A stretch of DNA of 64,000 nt from a virus, in the IMG/VR virus record IMGVR_UViG_3300045988_120248, positions 1 to 64,000 of that record; one strand, written 5' to 3'. Made by a program: the position numbers and the translations under genes. Shown here piece by piece: positions 1 through 7,870 of this stretch. Positions within the stretch are counted from its first letter, which is position 1. Every line of letters starts with the position of its first letter. Below the pieces are notes generated by a model. That model was not told where the DNA came from, searched no databases, and worked only from the letters and a program-made list of their open reading frames with translations.

Positions 1-695
1 CGCCGGTTGCTCCCCTTTGATTTTCGGGAGAGCTGCCGTTGCAGTCTGGCAAGTTTCTTCTGGTTCTTGGATAGATACTTATGGTTTTGGTACTCCACGC
101 CATCGGAGGTGATTGCAAATGCTTTCAGCCCCATGTCGATGCCGACCACCGCCCCTGTAGACGGCAGCAGCTCGATCTCAACATCAGTACAGCAGAGCGA
201 TACGAAGTATTTGCCGCTTGGATTCTGTGATACTGTGGCAGAGAGGATTCTACCCTCAACCTTTCGACTGATACGGCATTTGACTTTGCCCAGTTTCGGC
301 AGTTGAACCGCGCCGTCCAAGACTTTGATGTTCGTACCTACGGCCTTGCTTTTATAGCTTTTGCGGTGGTCACGCTTGCTCTTGAATCGCGGGAACCCCG
401 GCTTCTCGCCAGATTTTACTCGACGGAAGAAATTCTGGTATGCAGCATCCAAGTCCTTTAGCGAAGATTGAAGCGCGGTTGCGTCAACCTCTTTCAGCCA
501 CTCAAGTGATTCCTTCAGATGCGTTAGTTCTTTGTCTTGCCGAAAGCGTGTAGGAGCCTTTCCGTTTTCTCTATACTGCGCGATGCGTTCAGCGAGGAAG
601 TAGTTGTACACGAACCGGGCGCAACCGAAAGTTCGGCATATTAAGTTTTCCTGTTCCGTTGTCGGATATATCCGAAACCTATACGCACGTTCCAT
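1..695 (-). CDS. tnpB: TnpB (IS200/IS605-family OrfB, RNA-guided nuclease), N-terminal part; 3' end lies beyond the window edge
   Basis: Reverse-strand translation from the ATG at 695 reads MERAYRFRIYPTTEQENLICRTFGCARFVYNYFLAERIAQYRENGK...GAVVGIDMGLKAFAITSDG. This is the typical TnpB N-terminus with the RuvC-I GIDxG motif. It is absent from the ORF track because it is open at the edge. Confidence 0.85.
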   Translation of the reverse strand, partial: MERAYRFRIYPTTEQENLICRTFGCARFVYNYFLAERIAQYRENGKAPTRFRQDKELTHLKESLEWLKEVDATALQSSLKDLDAAYQNFFRRVKSGEKPGFPRFKSKRDHRKSYKSKAVGTNIKVLDGAVQLPKLGKVKCRISRKVEGRILSATVSQNPSGKYFVSLCCTDVEIELLPSTGAVVGIDMGLKAFAITSDGVEYQNHKYLSKNQKKLARLQRQLSRKSKGSNR

Positions 696-786
696 TGCGT
701 TTCCTCATACATTTTCTGGTTCTTGACGTACTATCGTGGCTTATATCCCCATAGCTAAAGCTAGGGGCTTTACGCCACACTATGGT
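1..786 (-). mobile_element. IS200/IS605-family (IS1341-like, tnpB-only as far as visible) element, left end; partial
   Basis: tnpB plus an imperfect nested hairpin upstream of it at 735-778 (CGTGGC..CCCCATAGCT-aa-AGCTAGGGG..GCCAC), as expected for an IS605-type subterminal end. The right end and omega-RNA region are outside the window. Confidence 0.55.
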
Positions 787-826
787 AACTTGCTTACAAC
801 TTGCTTACAACTTGCTTACAACTTGC
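787..826. repeat. 11-bp tandem repeat AACTTGCTTAC x3.6
   Basis: Direct reading: aacttgcttac aacttgcttac aacttgcttac aacttgc. Confidence 0.9.
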
Positions 827-932
827 GTGCGTTTTTCGTGCGTTTCGCGTGCTATTTTCCCATAGTTGAATGGAGTGTTGCAACCAACTTGCGACCTGCT
901 TGCAATCTATTTCGTGACCTCACGAAGTTGAT

Positions 933-1196
933 TCAAATCTGCACAACGGCAGACTTGTACAGTTTCTTCACACCGTTCACAACGACTACCTCCCGGTTCT
1001 GTGAAACGATTTTCCTCCCATAGGAATTTATCGGCGAAATATCATTCGCGTCACAGAAAGCCTCCAGCGCCGCCAGATCGCCTGGTTTCAGCGGCAATCC
1101 AGTCGAGGCGGAAATAAATTCGTTTTCTTGGTTTATCCGGTACTCGCCGGGTTTGTAGAACATCGGCATCCCTCCAATCTCATCCCATTCTAACAT
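933..1196 (-). CDS. hypothetical protein (87 aa; alternative start at 1163 behind GGAGGG)
   Basis: ORF track. The internal ATG at 1163 has the better RBS. Confidence 0.5.
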   Translation of the reverse strand: MLEWDEIGGMPMFYKPGEYRINQENEFISASTGLPLKPGDLAALEAFCDANDISPINSYGRKIVSQNREVVVVNGVKKLYKSAVVQI

Positions 1197-1229
1197 GTGG
1201 ATTCTGAAATTTCTACATGACTCGGAAAT

Positions 1230-1478
1230 TTAGGCGGGATTGCAGAGTTCATAACCGTACCGCTTGATGTGGGAAAGCGGATAGTACAGATTCTCAGCCC
1301 GCGAAATCCATACCGGATTCTTGCGGTTGCTGATTCTTCCTTTTTCGAGCACGATGTTTTGACCACGCTTCTGAACTGTGATTTTCGCACCAAGCGGGAG
1401 ATTTTGCAGACTGTTCGGTTTTTTCCTATCAGCAGCCTTTTGCGCCGCATTGTTCCGGCAATCTTCTCGCCATTCCAA
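1230..1478 (-). CDS. hypothetical protein (82 aa, TTG start)
   Basis: ORF track. Its composition is more protein-like than the overlapping R/S/K-rich frame 1190..1495. Confidence 0.45.
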   Translation of the reverse strand: MEWREDCRNNAAQKAADRKKPNSLQNLPLGAKITVQKRGQNIVLEKGRISNRKNPVWISRAENLYYPLSHIKRYGYELCNPA

Positions 1479-1510
1479 CGCCCATTCATCGTCACGATGG
1501 GAAAGCAGAT

Positions 1511-1819
1511 TCAGAATGGATACCGGGCAGTCACGCTCACACGGCCCATGGATTCATCCATGTCCTTGTAACCAAAGTTGCAGTATTCGCGGCTGTCTAC
1601 GCTCGTCAGGCACACGCCAGCGAAAACGTATGGCGTCCGGCCAGGTCTGGTTCTCTCACAAGCGCCGTACCACGTCGCGCCCACCATTGCGGACTTCAAA
1701 ACGCGGCATTTGTCCCCGGTTTCTTCATTGTTCCATGTGTACAGATCGTCGCACTCTGCTTTGCGGTCGATGTTGCCCTTTCTATCGTAGAATTTCGCAC
1801 ACTGCCAAGTCCAGCCCAT
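1511..1819 (-). CDS. hypothetical protein (102 aa)
   Basis: ORF track; RBS GGGAGG upstream of the ATG; first gene behind motif copy 1. Confidence 0.6.
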   Translation of the reverse strand: MGWTWQCAKFYDRKGNIDRKAECDDLYTWNNEETGDKCRVLKSAMVGATWYGACERTRPGRTPYVFAGVCLTSVDSREYCNFGYKDMDESMGRVSVTARYPF

Positions 1820-1863
1820 TTTATGTACCTCCCAGTTTTCTTGGTTTTCCTGTTCTGCTTTTG

Positions 1864-1891
1864 TATCTACCGGAAGCGGGAACTTTGTCCC
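1864..1891 (-). promoter_or_regulatory. repeated promoter-like motif, copy 1 (with hairpin)
   Basis: The minus strand reads GGGACA-aagttcccgcttccgg-TAGATA. It is embedded in the hairpin TCTACCGGAAGCGGGA/TCCCGCCTCCGGTAGA. Confidence 0.55.
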
Positions 1892-1908
1892 GCCTCCGGT
1901 AGATATTT

Positions 1909-3108
1909 TTACTTTTCAATGTCCTTGCAGATGTCTGTGGAGTATTCACCGACTGAAATCTTCCATTTCTCTCCGCTGCTCGTCCAACCGATTCGCGGCT
2001 TTTTGTTGACGGTTTTACCGGTAGCCTGGTTTTTCAACGTGACGGTTGCAGCCGTGGCTTTGACGACCTCCCACGTGTCCGGAACCCATGCACCGGCCTG
2101 AAGGGTGCTGACGGTGAATTCCTCGCCGACCTTGAACGGGTGCGTCGGCTTTACCTCTTCCTCGGCTTTGACGATCTCCAAAATCTCAGCGTAGGCGGCA
2201 GTCAGATTGAATCCGTTCGGGGTGCGATAGATAATGTTTTTCGGGCCGGTTCGCAGGACAGTGCAGTCGTTGTAATGCTTGATCTTCACGACATAACCTG
2301 GCTTGATGTTTTCCTTGCTGAACTGCACGCCGCCCAGCTCGTCGATGCAGGACTGATAATAGCAGAGGCGGGAAATCTCGGAGTCCAGACGCTCTTCTGC
2401 GTCTTCAATCCAGCGCTCGATCTCTGCACGCTCGATAGGCGTACCATCGAAGCGCTTCTGCTGTTCTCCCATTCCGTCGCATTCCAGCATAGCATGGTAG
2501 TGGTCGAGATTCTTCTGGATGGCCTTGATGTTCTTCTGCGCGTCTTTCACGCGGCGGTCGCAGAATGCCTTATCCTTGGAATTTTCCAGATTTGCTGTTC
2601 TGCGTGCGACTTCCGCCCGCTGCGCATAATACTCGGATTTTTTGAACTCTTCGAATCCACGGTCAAACGCGGCAAACATACGCTCGCGCTGCCGGGTGAA
2701 CGCGCGGCCTGCGGACGTGTTGATGTTGGGCTGGGTGAAGAACGCAATATCGCCGCGCCTGGCGTTGATGGGCTTTTGCAGCTGTTCGCCGCGTTGCTCT
2801 GCTGCATCGGCGCGCGCGTCCATGCGCTCGGCTCGTTCTTCCGCGCGGGCTGCTTTGCGCTCCATTTTTTCCTCGAAGGAAAGAAGCTCACCCGTCTTTC
2901 CCTGATTCTCCGCGCCAAGGCTCTTTGCAACCTGTTCTGCGCGCCAGAGGTTCGGGATTTTTGCGCGGCTGACCCAACAGCCGCCGTATCTTGAAAAGAG
3001 GAAGGTGCTTTTGATGGTGGATTTTTGATCGTCAGAAAGCGCCTGGTATTCGGATTTATCAAAATGAAGCTCCAGCTTCTCGGTTTCTCGGTTGATGATG
3101 TAATACAT
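1909..3108 (-). CDS. hypothetical protein, coiled-coil rich (399 aa); possibly DUF3560-like
   Basis: ORF track; RBS GGGAGA. The central R/A/E-rich helical segment resembles DUF3560 proteins of plasmids and ICEs. This is from memory and weak. Confidence 0.6.
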   Translation of the reverse strand: MYYIINRETEKLELHFDKSEYQALSDDQKSTIKSTFLFSRYGGCWVSRAKIPNLWRAEQVAKSLGAENQGKTGELLSFEEKMERKAARAEERAERMDARADAAEQRGEQLQKPINARRGDIAFFTQPNINTSAGRAFTRQRERMFAAFDRGFEEFKKSEYYAQRAEVARRTANLENSKDKAFCDRRVKDAQKNIKAIQKNLDHYHAMLECDGMGEQQKRFDGTPIERAEIERWIEDAEERLDSEISRLCYYQSCIDELGGVQFSKENIKPGYVVKIKHYNDCTVLRTGPKNIIYRTPNGFNLTAAYAEILEIVKAEEEVKPTHPFKVGEEFTVSTLQAGAWVPDTWEVVKATAATVTLKNQATGKTVNKKPRIGWTSSGEKWKISVGEYSTDICKDIEK

Positions 3109-3142
3109 GGTTTTTCTCCCTTCTTATCTAAAATCGTGCGAT

Positions 3143-3352
3143 TCAAAGTCTTCTATGGTCACGTTCTTCTTGTGCAACTTGTTCTATGTGCGCCCGGACA
3201 CACTGCGGAAGATCCTGTTTGTAGTAGGTGATTTCTCCGCTAGAGGATATGTGGGCGACCGTCTGATAGTCGTGATTTACCTCTTTCGCCCTGTTCCATA
3301 CCGTCAGCCCATTTCCGAGATACCCAAAGCCGAGTCTGTAGTCATCTTTCAT
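3143..3352 (-). CDS. hypothetical protein (69 aa)
   Basis: ORF 3143..3373, with the start moved to the ATG at 3352 behind GGGAGAAAA. Confidence 0.5.
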   Translation of the reverse strand: MKDDYRLGFGYLGNGLTVWNRAKEVNHDYQTVAHISSSGEITYYKQDLPQCVRAHIEQVAQEERDHRRL

Positions 3353-3548
3353 GGCGGTTTTCTCCCTTCTCATCCTTGCCGAGTTCGTATGCTTCCATCA
3401 GGGCGTCCCGAAGTCCCCAAACAGCAACATTGAGAAAGTCCTCGCTGTCTGAGTTGCGCGTTTTCAAGTCTCCACGATCTGCAACGGGCGGCATATGCTG
3501 CATGGCAATTTCCAGAAGCTTACGTTCCGCTTTTTTGCTGTATTTCAT
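3342..3548 (-). CDS. hypothetical protein (68 aa)
   Basis: ORF track; RBS GGAGGTG; behind motif copy 2. Confidence 0.6.
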   Translation of the reverse strand: MKYSKKAERKLLEIAMQHMPPVADRGDLKTRNSDSEDFLNVAVWGLRDALMEAYELGKDEKGENRHER

Positions 3549-3579
3549 GGTTGCACCTCCGGTTTCTGTTCTGGTTTTA

Positions 3580-3607
3580 TATCTACGGGAAAAGGCGGGA
3601 TTGTCCC
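3580..3607 (-). promoter_or_regulatory. repeated promoter-like motif, copy 2 (with hairpin)
   Basis: The minus strand reads GGGACA-atcccgccttttcccg-TAGATA. The first box sits in the hairpin GGCGGGA-ttg-TCCCGCC. Confidence 0.55.
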
Positions 3608-3620
3608 GCCATTTTTAAAA

Positions 3621-4283
3621 TCAGGCGCTGAGAATGTCGTAGACCTCCTGCGTTTCATAGCGGATGACGGCGCGACCCTGATCGTCCTCCCCATCGTACA
3701 TCGGCCCGCAGAAGTTCTTGAGCTTCGGCGCGCCCTGCAATTCTGCCCGGCACGATGTGCTGTGGAACTCGCCGGAAGTCTCAAATGCTTTTTTTAAGTG
3801 TTCAGCAGTTTCATACGTTTCGACAATCATACGAGGCTGCGGGTCATCCGGGTTCATGCTGACGACCTTGTAGACCTTACCCTTCTGCTGAATTTCGGAC
3901 AGGTGAACGCGCTCGGATTCTTCGGAAATCTTCTGCTCCTGCGGGAATCCATCAACCAGACCGTAGAACATATTCTTGTCAAAGCAAAGGAAGCTTCTGG
4001 GCTGCTCCCATGTTGTCTCTTGCCACCCGGAGAAGATTGCCACGGGCTTTGTACCATAGACGCGCATTCCATAGACTGAGCGGCCACCGCGCTTTTTGAA
4101 GTAGATCGTCAGCGCGTCTTTGTATTGTGCATAAGGCTTGATATCTGCGGAATGTGCGTTGATGTGCAAAAAGTACACACCGCCGAACTCACTTTCGGTT
4201 ACGATGGTCATTCTGGGATTCTTGGAACCGGCTGCTGCGTTCACAGCATCGGCGATTTCCTGGAAAATTTCGAGTTGCGTCAT
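3621..4283 (-). CDS. hypothetical protein (220 aa)
   Basis: ORF 3621..4439, with the start moved to MTQLEIF (ATG at 4283) behind AGGAGG. Confidence 0.65.
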   Translation of the reverse strand: MTQLEIFQEIADAVNAAAGSKNPRMTIVTESEFGGVYFLHINAHSADIKPYAQYKDALTIYFKKRGGRSVYGMRVYGTKPVAIFSGWQETTWEQPRSFLCFDKNMFYGLVDGFPQEQKISEESERVHLSEIQQKGKVYKVVSMNPDDPQPRMIVETYETAEHLKKAFETSGEFHSTSCRAELQGAPKLKNFCGPMYDGEDDQGRAVIRYETQEVYDILSA

Positions 4284-4326
4284 TGTATGAAACCTCCTGT
4301 TTTTCTTGGTTTTCTCTACACCTATA

Positions 4327-4354
4327 TATCTACCGGCGCAGCGACATTTGTCCC
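4327..4354 (-). promoter_or_regulatory. repeated promoter-like motif, copy 3 (with hairpin)
   Basis: The minus strand reads GGGACA-aatgtcgctgcgccgg-TAGATA. The hairpin arms are ACCGGCGCA/TGCGCCGGT. Confidence 0.55.
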
Positions 4355-4371
4355 GTTGCGCCGGTATTTTT

Positions 4372-4638
4372 TTATTCGACTTCCTGCTCGGAGATTTCCC
4401 AACTGTAAACCGTGGCCTGCTCCAGATAGTCGCGCCCACACCGTCCGAGGTGAATGCTCATGGGTTCGTCCCACGACATATCCTCGTCCCAGAAATCTTC
4501 GTCGTACTCCGCGCGGATGGCTCCGGCTCCGGCCACGATCTGCGCGCGGGCTTTCTCGATCTTTTTAAAAACGCCAAGGACTTCCACGCCCTCATTGTCT
4601 GGCGTATCCCAATGGTGAACCACTACAAAAACTTGCAT
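4372..4638 (-). CDS. hypothetical protein (88 aa)
   Basis: ORF track; RBS GGAGGAAAAA. Confidence 0.6.
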   Translation of the reverse strand: MQVFVVVHHWDTPDNEGVEVLGVFKKIEKARAQIVAGAGAIRAEYDEDFWDEDMSWDEPMSIHLGRCGRDYLEQATVYSWEISEQEVE

Positions 4639-4651
4639 GATTTTTCCTCCA

Positions 4652-4810
4652 TCAAATGTAGTACCAGACGATGAACTTATTTTCTCTGCCGTCGGCGGAC
4701 TGCCACGGCGTCATGTGCGCCTTGCGGCGCTGCTTTTTGCGAGCCGCCACAAATGCGGCGGCTTGCTGTTCTGTGCTGAAAAATTCAAAGGTTTTGCGGT
4801 ACTGGTTCAT
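4652..4810 (-). CDS. hypothetical small protein (52 aa; below the ORF-track cutoff)
   Basis: Own translation: MNQYRKTFEFFSTEQQAAAFVAARKKQRRKAHMTPWQSADGRENKFIVWYYI. RBS GGGAGGA. It fills the gap between flanking genes. Confidence 0.5.
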   Translation of the reverse strand: MNQYRKTFEFFSTEQQAAAFVAARKKQRRKAHMTPWQSADGRENKFIVWYYI

Positions 4811-4822
4811 GGTGATTCCTCC

Positions 4823-5176
4823 CTATGCAATCTGCTCGGCAGGCTCTGCAAATTCCTGCGAAATTTTGAAAAGCACCATTTTTTTGAGTGCTTGCCTGCT
4901 CATGGTTTTTTCGTCGTAGCTGTTCGGCCTGTCCCAGACGCGGACGCGAAAAACGCCGTTGTCCATGTCTGCGATTTCGCGGTATATGCAGATCGTCAAG
5001 CTACCAGTGAAACAGATCTTTAGGGCGTTCAGCGTGCTTGCATCGCCCCGGAAGATCTTCATGCCTGAATCAAACAGCTTCGCGGCGGTTTCTTCGGAAA
5101 ATGCAAGGGCGTGCTGCTCGACGTTTTCAAAACAGCCGAAGACGTTTTTTGCGTCGTAGTTCGCAATGAATTCCAT
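4823..5176 (-). CDS. hypothetical protein (117 aa)
   Basis: ORF 4823..5224, with the start moved to MEFIANYD (5176) behind AGAGGAGG. Confidence 0.6.
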   Translation of the reverse strand: MEFIANYDAKNVFGCFENVEQHALAFSEETAAKLFDSGMKIFRGDASTLNALKICFTGSLTICIYREIADMDNGVFRVRVWDRPNSYDEKTMSRQALKKMVLFKISQEFAEPAEQIA

Positions 5177-5190
5177 GTTGCTGCCTCCTC

Positions 5191-5520
5191 TTACCTCTGC
5201 GGCACATCGGGTAATGGCATCCAATGTGTAGTGCGTTTTCCGAGGCGACTGTATGTTCCTGCGTGAGTGTAATAAACTTCTCCAACAAATACACCGTCCG
5301 TAGCGATCACTCGCTGCCCAATCTTCGGGCTTTCACGCTCTACCCTAATCCAGTGATCGTTTCCGCCAAATTCGTCAATATCGCCCATGCAGGCTCCGCA
5401 ATGCGCACAGAACGGCGTGATGTCTTTGACTTCCGCCCCGCATTCTGAGCAGTGAGGCTCCCCGGATTCGTTGTATACCCATTCGCCGAACTTCGGCCAT
5501 GCTGCTTTTTTGTTTTCCAT
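5191..5520 (-). CDS. zinc-ribbon + DUF551-like protein (109 aa)
   Basis: CSECGAEV..CAHCGAC zinc ribbon. The C-terminus, ending ..THWMPLPDVP, is typical of phage DUF551. The start at 5520 lies behind GAGGGGG. Confidence 0.6.
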   Translation of the reverse strand: MENKKAAWPKFGEWVYNESGEPHCSECGAEVKDITPFCAHCGACMGDIDEFGGNDHWIRVERESPKIGQRVIATDGVFVGEVYYTHAGTYSRLGKRTTHWMPLPDVPQR

Positions 5521-5534
5521 TTTTCCGCCCCCTC

Positions 5535-5648
5535 TCACAGAATGAACTCGATTAGCGAGTCCGCGCACAGGATAACGATGAACATGACTGCGATGGCCGC
5601 GCCGGTGAGGAACATCTGAAAGCCAGAAGATTTATAATAGTTTTTCAT
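5535..5648 (-). CDS. small hydrophobic protein (37 aa)
   Basis: Own translation: MKNYYKSSGFQMFLTGAAIAVMFIVILCADSLIEFIL. RBS GGAGGC; one predicted TM helix; behind motif copy 4. Confidence 0.45.
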   Translation of the reverse strand: MKNYYKSSGFQMFLTGAAIAVMFIVILCADSLIEFIL

Positions 5649-5689
5649 GTGTAATTGCCTCCGTTTCGGTAGTTTTCTTTACATTTATT

Positions 5690-5717
5690 ACTCTACCGAT
5701 AAGGCGGGATTTGTCCC
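5690..5717 (-). promoter_or_regulatory. repeated promoter-like motif, copy 4 (with hairpin)
   Basis: The minus strand reads GGGACA-aatcccgccttatcgg-TAGAGT. Hairpin: GGCGGGA-tttg-TCCCGCC. Confidence 0.5.
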
Positions 5718-5734
5718 GCCCTTTTGCCGGATTT

Positions 5735-5878
5735 TTAACTATTTTCGAGCTTCCACGCTGCCCAAATCTCCGGCACATCTTTGCCGAGATTCAGCCGTTT
5801 GAAACAGAACATCATGAACCGGACAAATTCGTCCATGTCATCGACTTTTCCAAGAAGTTCTCTGAATTCGTTTTCCAT
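5735..5878 (-). CDS. small conserved protein, paralog family 'F.RF..FC..RL...IW..W' (47 aa)
   Basis: MENEFRELLGKVDDMDEFVRFMMFCFKRLNLGKDVPEIWAAWKLENS. RBS AAAGGAG. Paralogs are at 11215..11406 and 34312..34488. Confidence 0.6.
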   Translation of the reverse strand: MENEFRELLGKVDDMDEFVRFMMFCFKRLNLGKDVPEIWAAWKLENS

Positions 5879-5891
5879 GGTATTTTCTCCT

Positions 5892-6680
5892 TTACTGCTC
5901 AAGCGCCTTTTTCGGCGCATATCTGTTGATGAAATATTTCTGGCCTTTCGGCGTTACCTTGGTCGTGCGGTCAATCACGGCTCCTTCTTTGGCAATGCGC
6001 GGCGTTTCTTTAACGAAGAACAAGCCAAGCTCCATAGCTCTTTGCGTCGGCATGTTGTAATCGCTGCCCGATTTGATGAGATATCCGTCCCGACGCAAAA
6101 CTTCATAGAGTCGATTTCCGCCGATGTCTGTGCCGTTTTGCGCAAGCAGCTTCGCCATGTCCCGAATGAGGATGTTTGTGTCCGCACCGGTGACGGCTTC
6201 GGCGAAGAATACCGCAGGCGCGTCGGCCTTGACCTTTTCTTCCAGCGCTCTGCGCTTTTGCTGCTCCATTTTGAGCGTAGTTGCAAGCTGGATGATGTAA
6301 TCAGGGTCTGTCAGAGTACGCTCGATGACTTCTGGTGTCATGTACGCGCCATGGGTTCTGACTGACGGAAGAATTTCTGCTGTTACCCAACGCTTGAACC
6401 GCTTCGCACCCGGCAATTTGCTGCACAGGATAAGGGAATACAGGCCGCTTTCGTTGATAACGGTTAATCCACGGTTCGGAATTTCAAAGGTGGCGTTTTG
6501 CCCCTTTTGAATTACCATCTTGTCCTCTGGGTCTACATGGTCGGCAATCGCCGATTTTGCGTCAGCGTAGCCAAGCGCCGTCGCTGAATCTTTCCCAACA
6601 AACCAGATTGCACCGTTAATCCAAACAGCGCGGATTTCACCAAACTCTGGATTGCGGAAGGTTGTCACTTCAAGCTTCAA
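5892..6680 (-). CDS. phage antirepressor (Bro-N domain + KilAC/ANT C-terminal domain)
   Basis: N-terminus F..FGEIRAVWINGAIWFVGKDSATALGY (Bro-N). C-terminal part ..IRDMAKLL..NRLYEVLRRDGYL.. (KilAC-like). TTG start behind GAAGGAG. Confidence 0.8.
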   Translation of the reverse strand: MKLEVTTFRNPEFGEIRAVWINGAIWFVGKDSATALGYADAKSAIADHVDPEDKMVIQKGQNATFEIPNRGLTVINESGLYSLILCSKLPGAKRFKRWVTAEILPSVRTHGAYMTPEVIERTLTDPDYIIQLATTLKMEQQKRRALEEKVKADAPAVFFAEAVTGADTNILIRDMAKLLAQNGTDIGGNRLYEVLRRDGYLIKSGSDYNMPTQRAMELGLFFVKETPRIAKEGAVIDRTTKVTPKGQKYFINRYAPKKALEQ

Positions 6681-6813
6681 AATTCTACACTCCTTCGATC
6701 ATGTCTTTGGGGATTCCCCTCTACATCCAGCATAACAAGCGGTGCAAATGTTTTTTTACATTGTTATGTCTACCTAAAAAAGGGTATAAAAATCCCCTGC
6801 GCAAAGATTCCAC

Positions 6814-6842
6814 TTGCACAGAGGGATAAAATCGGGTATAAT
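6814..6842 (+). promoter_or_regulatory. sigma-A-type promoter TTGCAC-17-TATAAT, opposite to the surrounding genes
   Basis: TTGCAC at 6814-6819, a 17-nt spacer, TATAAT at 6837-6842. Confidence 0.55.
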
Positions 6843-6848
6843 GAATTT

Positions 6849-6936
6849 ACCCGATTCAAGCCTTGCGCTTGTGGGTGGGATTCCTCCGTTCTGTCGTTCC
6901 GCCAAGATTGAGCAGAACGGGGGAATTTTATTTTTT
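6849..6936 (+). ncRNA. candidate ~85-90 nt antisense small RNA
   Basis: Lies between the promoter at 6814-6842 and the intrinsic terminator CCGTTCTG(6886-6893)/CAGAACGG(6913-6920) plus TTTTATTTTTT. The terminator overlaps the stop of the RHH gene on the other strand. No RBS or convincing ORF. Confidence 0.4.
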
Positions 6937-7104
6937 GATTTTGCCGTGCTGTTCGGAGATGCCGTTTCTGACTACTTCTGATCGTGACAGGGAATACTCT
7001 TTGCAACATTCATCGAGTTTTTCAAGCGTTTCTTTGTCCATTCTCACGCGCAGCATATAATCTTTTGTGTTCTCCGACTTCGGGCGGCCTTTGGGTGCAA
7101 CCAT
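6928..7104 (-). CDS. ribbon-helix-helix (CopG/Arc-like) DNA-binding protein (58 aa)
   Basis: Own translation: MVAPKGRPKSENTKDYMLRVRMDKETLEKLDECCKEYSLSRSEVVRNGISEQHGKIKK. It shows the beta-alpha-alpha RHH pattern. RBS GAGGTG. Confidence 0.6.
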   Translation of the reverse strand: MVAPKGRPKSENTKDYMLRVRMDKETLEKLDECCKEYSLSRSEVVRNGISEQHGKIKK

Positions 7105-7205
7105 GTTTCACCTCACTTTCTGTTGCTACGAAAATTATATGCTGTAGCAACGGAAAAGTCAACCTTAAATTTCACGATCTCAGGAAAATTTTCTTTCTAT
7201 CTTTA

Positions 7206-7233
7206 TATCTACCAATAGCAAGTGATTTGTCCC
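7206..7233 (-). promoter_or_regulatory. repeated promoter-like motif, copy 8
   Basis: The minus strand reads GGGACA-aatcacttgctattgg-TAGATA, followed by TAAAGATAGAAAG. It lies about 100 nt upstream of the RHH gene. Confidence 0.5.
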
Positions 7234-7273
7234 AAAAAATCACATAAAATATGTGCCGCTATGATAAAAAGTA

Positions 7274-7298
7274 AGCCGTCCCAGATGGGGCGGCTTTT
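7274..7298. terminator. hairpin AGCCGTCCC-agat-GGGGCGGCT flanked by an A-run and a T-run (bidirectional terminator-like)
   Basis: Read directly from the sequence. Confidence 0.5.
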
Positions 7299-7326
7299 GT
7301 ATATGTGCGAATATTTATTCAAAAAC

Positions 7327-7361
7327 GTAACAATGTTTGCACATTGTGCGAACATTGTTAC
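7327..7361. repeat. 35-bp near-perfect palindrome GTAACAATGTTTGCACA-t-TGTGCGAACATTGTTAC
   Basis: 16 of 17 arm positions are complementary. A related half-site ACATTGTTA occurs near 6760. Confidence 0.8.
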
Positions 7362-7364
7362 ACC

Positions 7365-7418
7365 AGAGATAGAGAATAGAGATAGAGATAAGAGTATAGA
7401 GAAAGAGATAGAGATAGA
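7365..7418. repeat. purine tract of degenerate GATAGA repeats
   Basis: agagatagagaatagagatagagataagagtatagagaaagagatagagataga. Confidence 0.8.
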
Positions 7419-7492
7419 TTTAACAGTACCTGACGGTACTGTTCGTCAGCCCCGTTTTTACGAGGCCGACGAGTTGACACCACTTTTCGCTG

Positions 7493-7831
7493 CTAAGCCC
7501 TCAGAGGCTCTACTTGCCGCACAGAAAAGAAACGGGATAGTTTCATCCGGCAGAACCCGTTCACCGATTCTGCGGCCTCCAGCGGCTCGTCAGGGGCATT
7601 CTTATGGGTGACATACTTCCAAATTGGGAAAGACGCGACAGCGTGTTCACCCTTGCGGACGATGAAGCCACGCTGCTTCCAAGCGTTGAACGTGTGGATT
7701 TCTTCGGGGATTTCGAGTTTTTCGGTGCTTCCGTCCTCGTTTACCACGTCGATGAATCGGCCCGTGCCTTTGAGAATGCCGTCGTTCATTAACCGGACGG
7801 ATTCGCCAAGAATGATTGCTGCGTTAGTCAT
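7493..7831 (-). CDS. hypothetical protein, weak ArdC-N-like (ssDNA-binding) signature (112 aa)
   Basis: ..TFNAWKQRGFIVRKGEHAVASFPIW.. resembles the ArdC/DUF1738 core. RBS GGAGGTAC. Confidence 0.45.
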   Translation of the reverse strand: MTNAAIILGESVRLMNDGILKGTGRFIDVVNEDGSTEKLEIPEEIHTFNAWKQRGFIVRKGEHAVASFPIWKYVTHKNAPDEPLEAAESVNGFCRMKLSRFFSVRQVEPLRA

Positions 7832-7870
7832 GAGTAAGTACCTCCGTTTTGTCTTGTCTTTCTATCTTTA

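Noticed and set aside
2140-2994. 284-aa plus ORF (and 2547..3146 minus, 199 aa)
   Set aside because: These are alternative or antisense frames of the well-supported 1909..3108 gene.
7222-7611. 129-aa plus ORF
   Set aside because: It spans a terminator hairpin, the 35-bp palindrome and the GATAGA tract, then runs antisense into 7493..7831. It is not credible as a gene.
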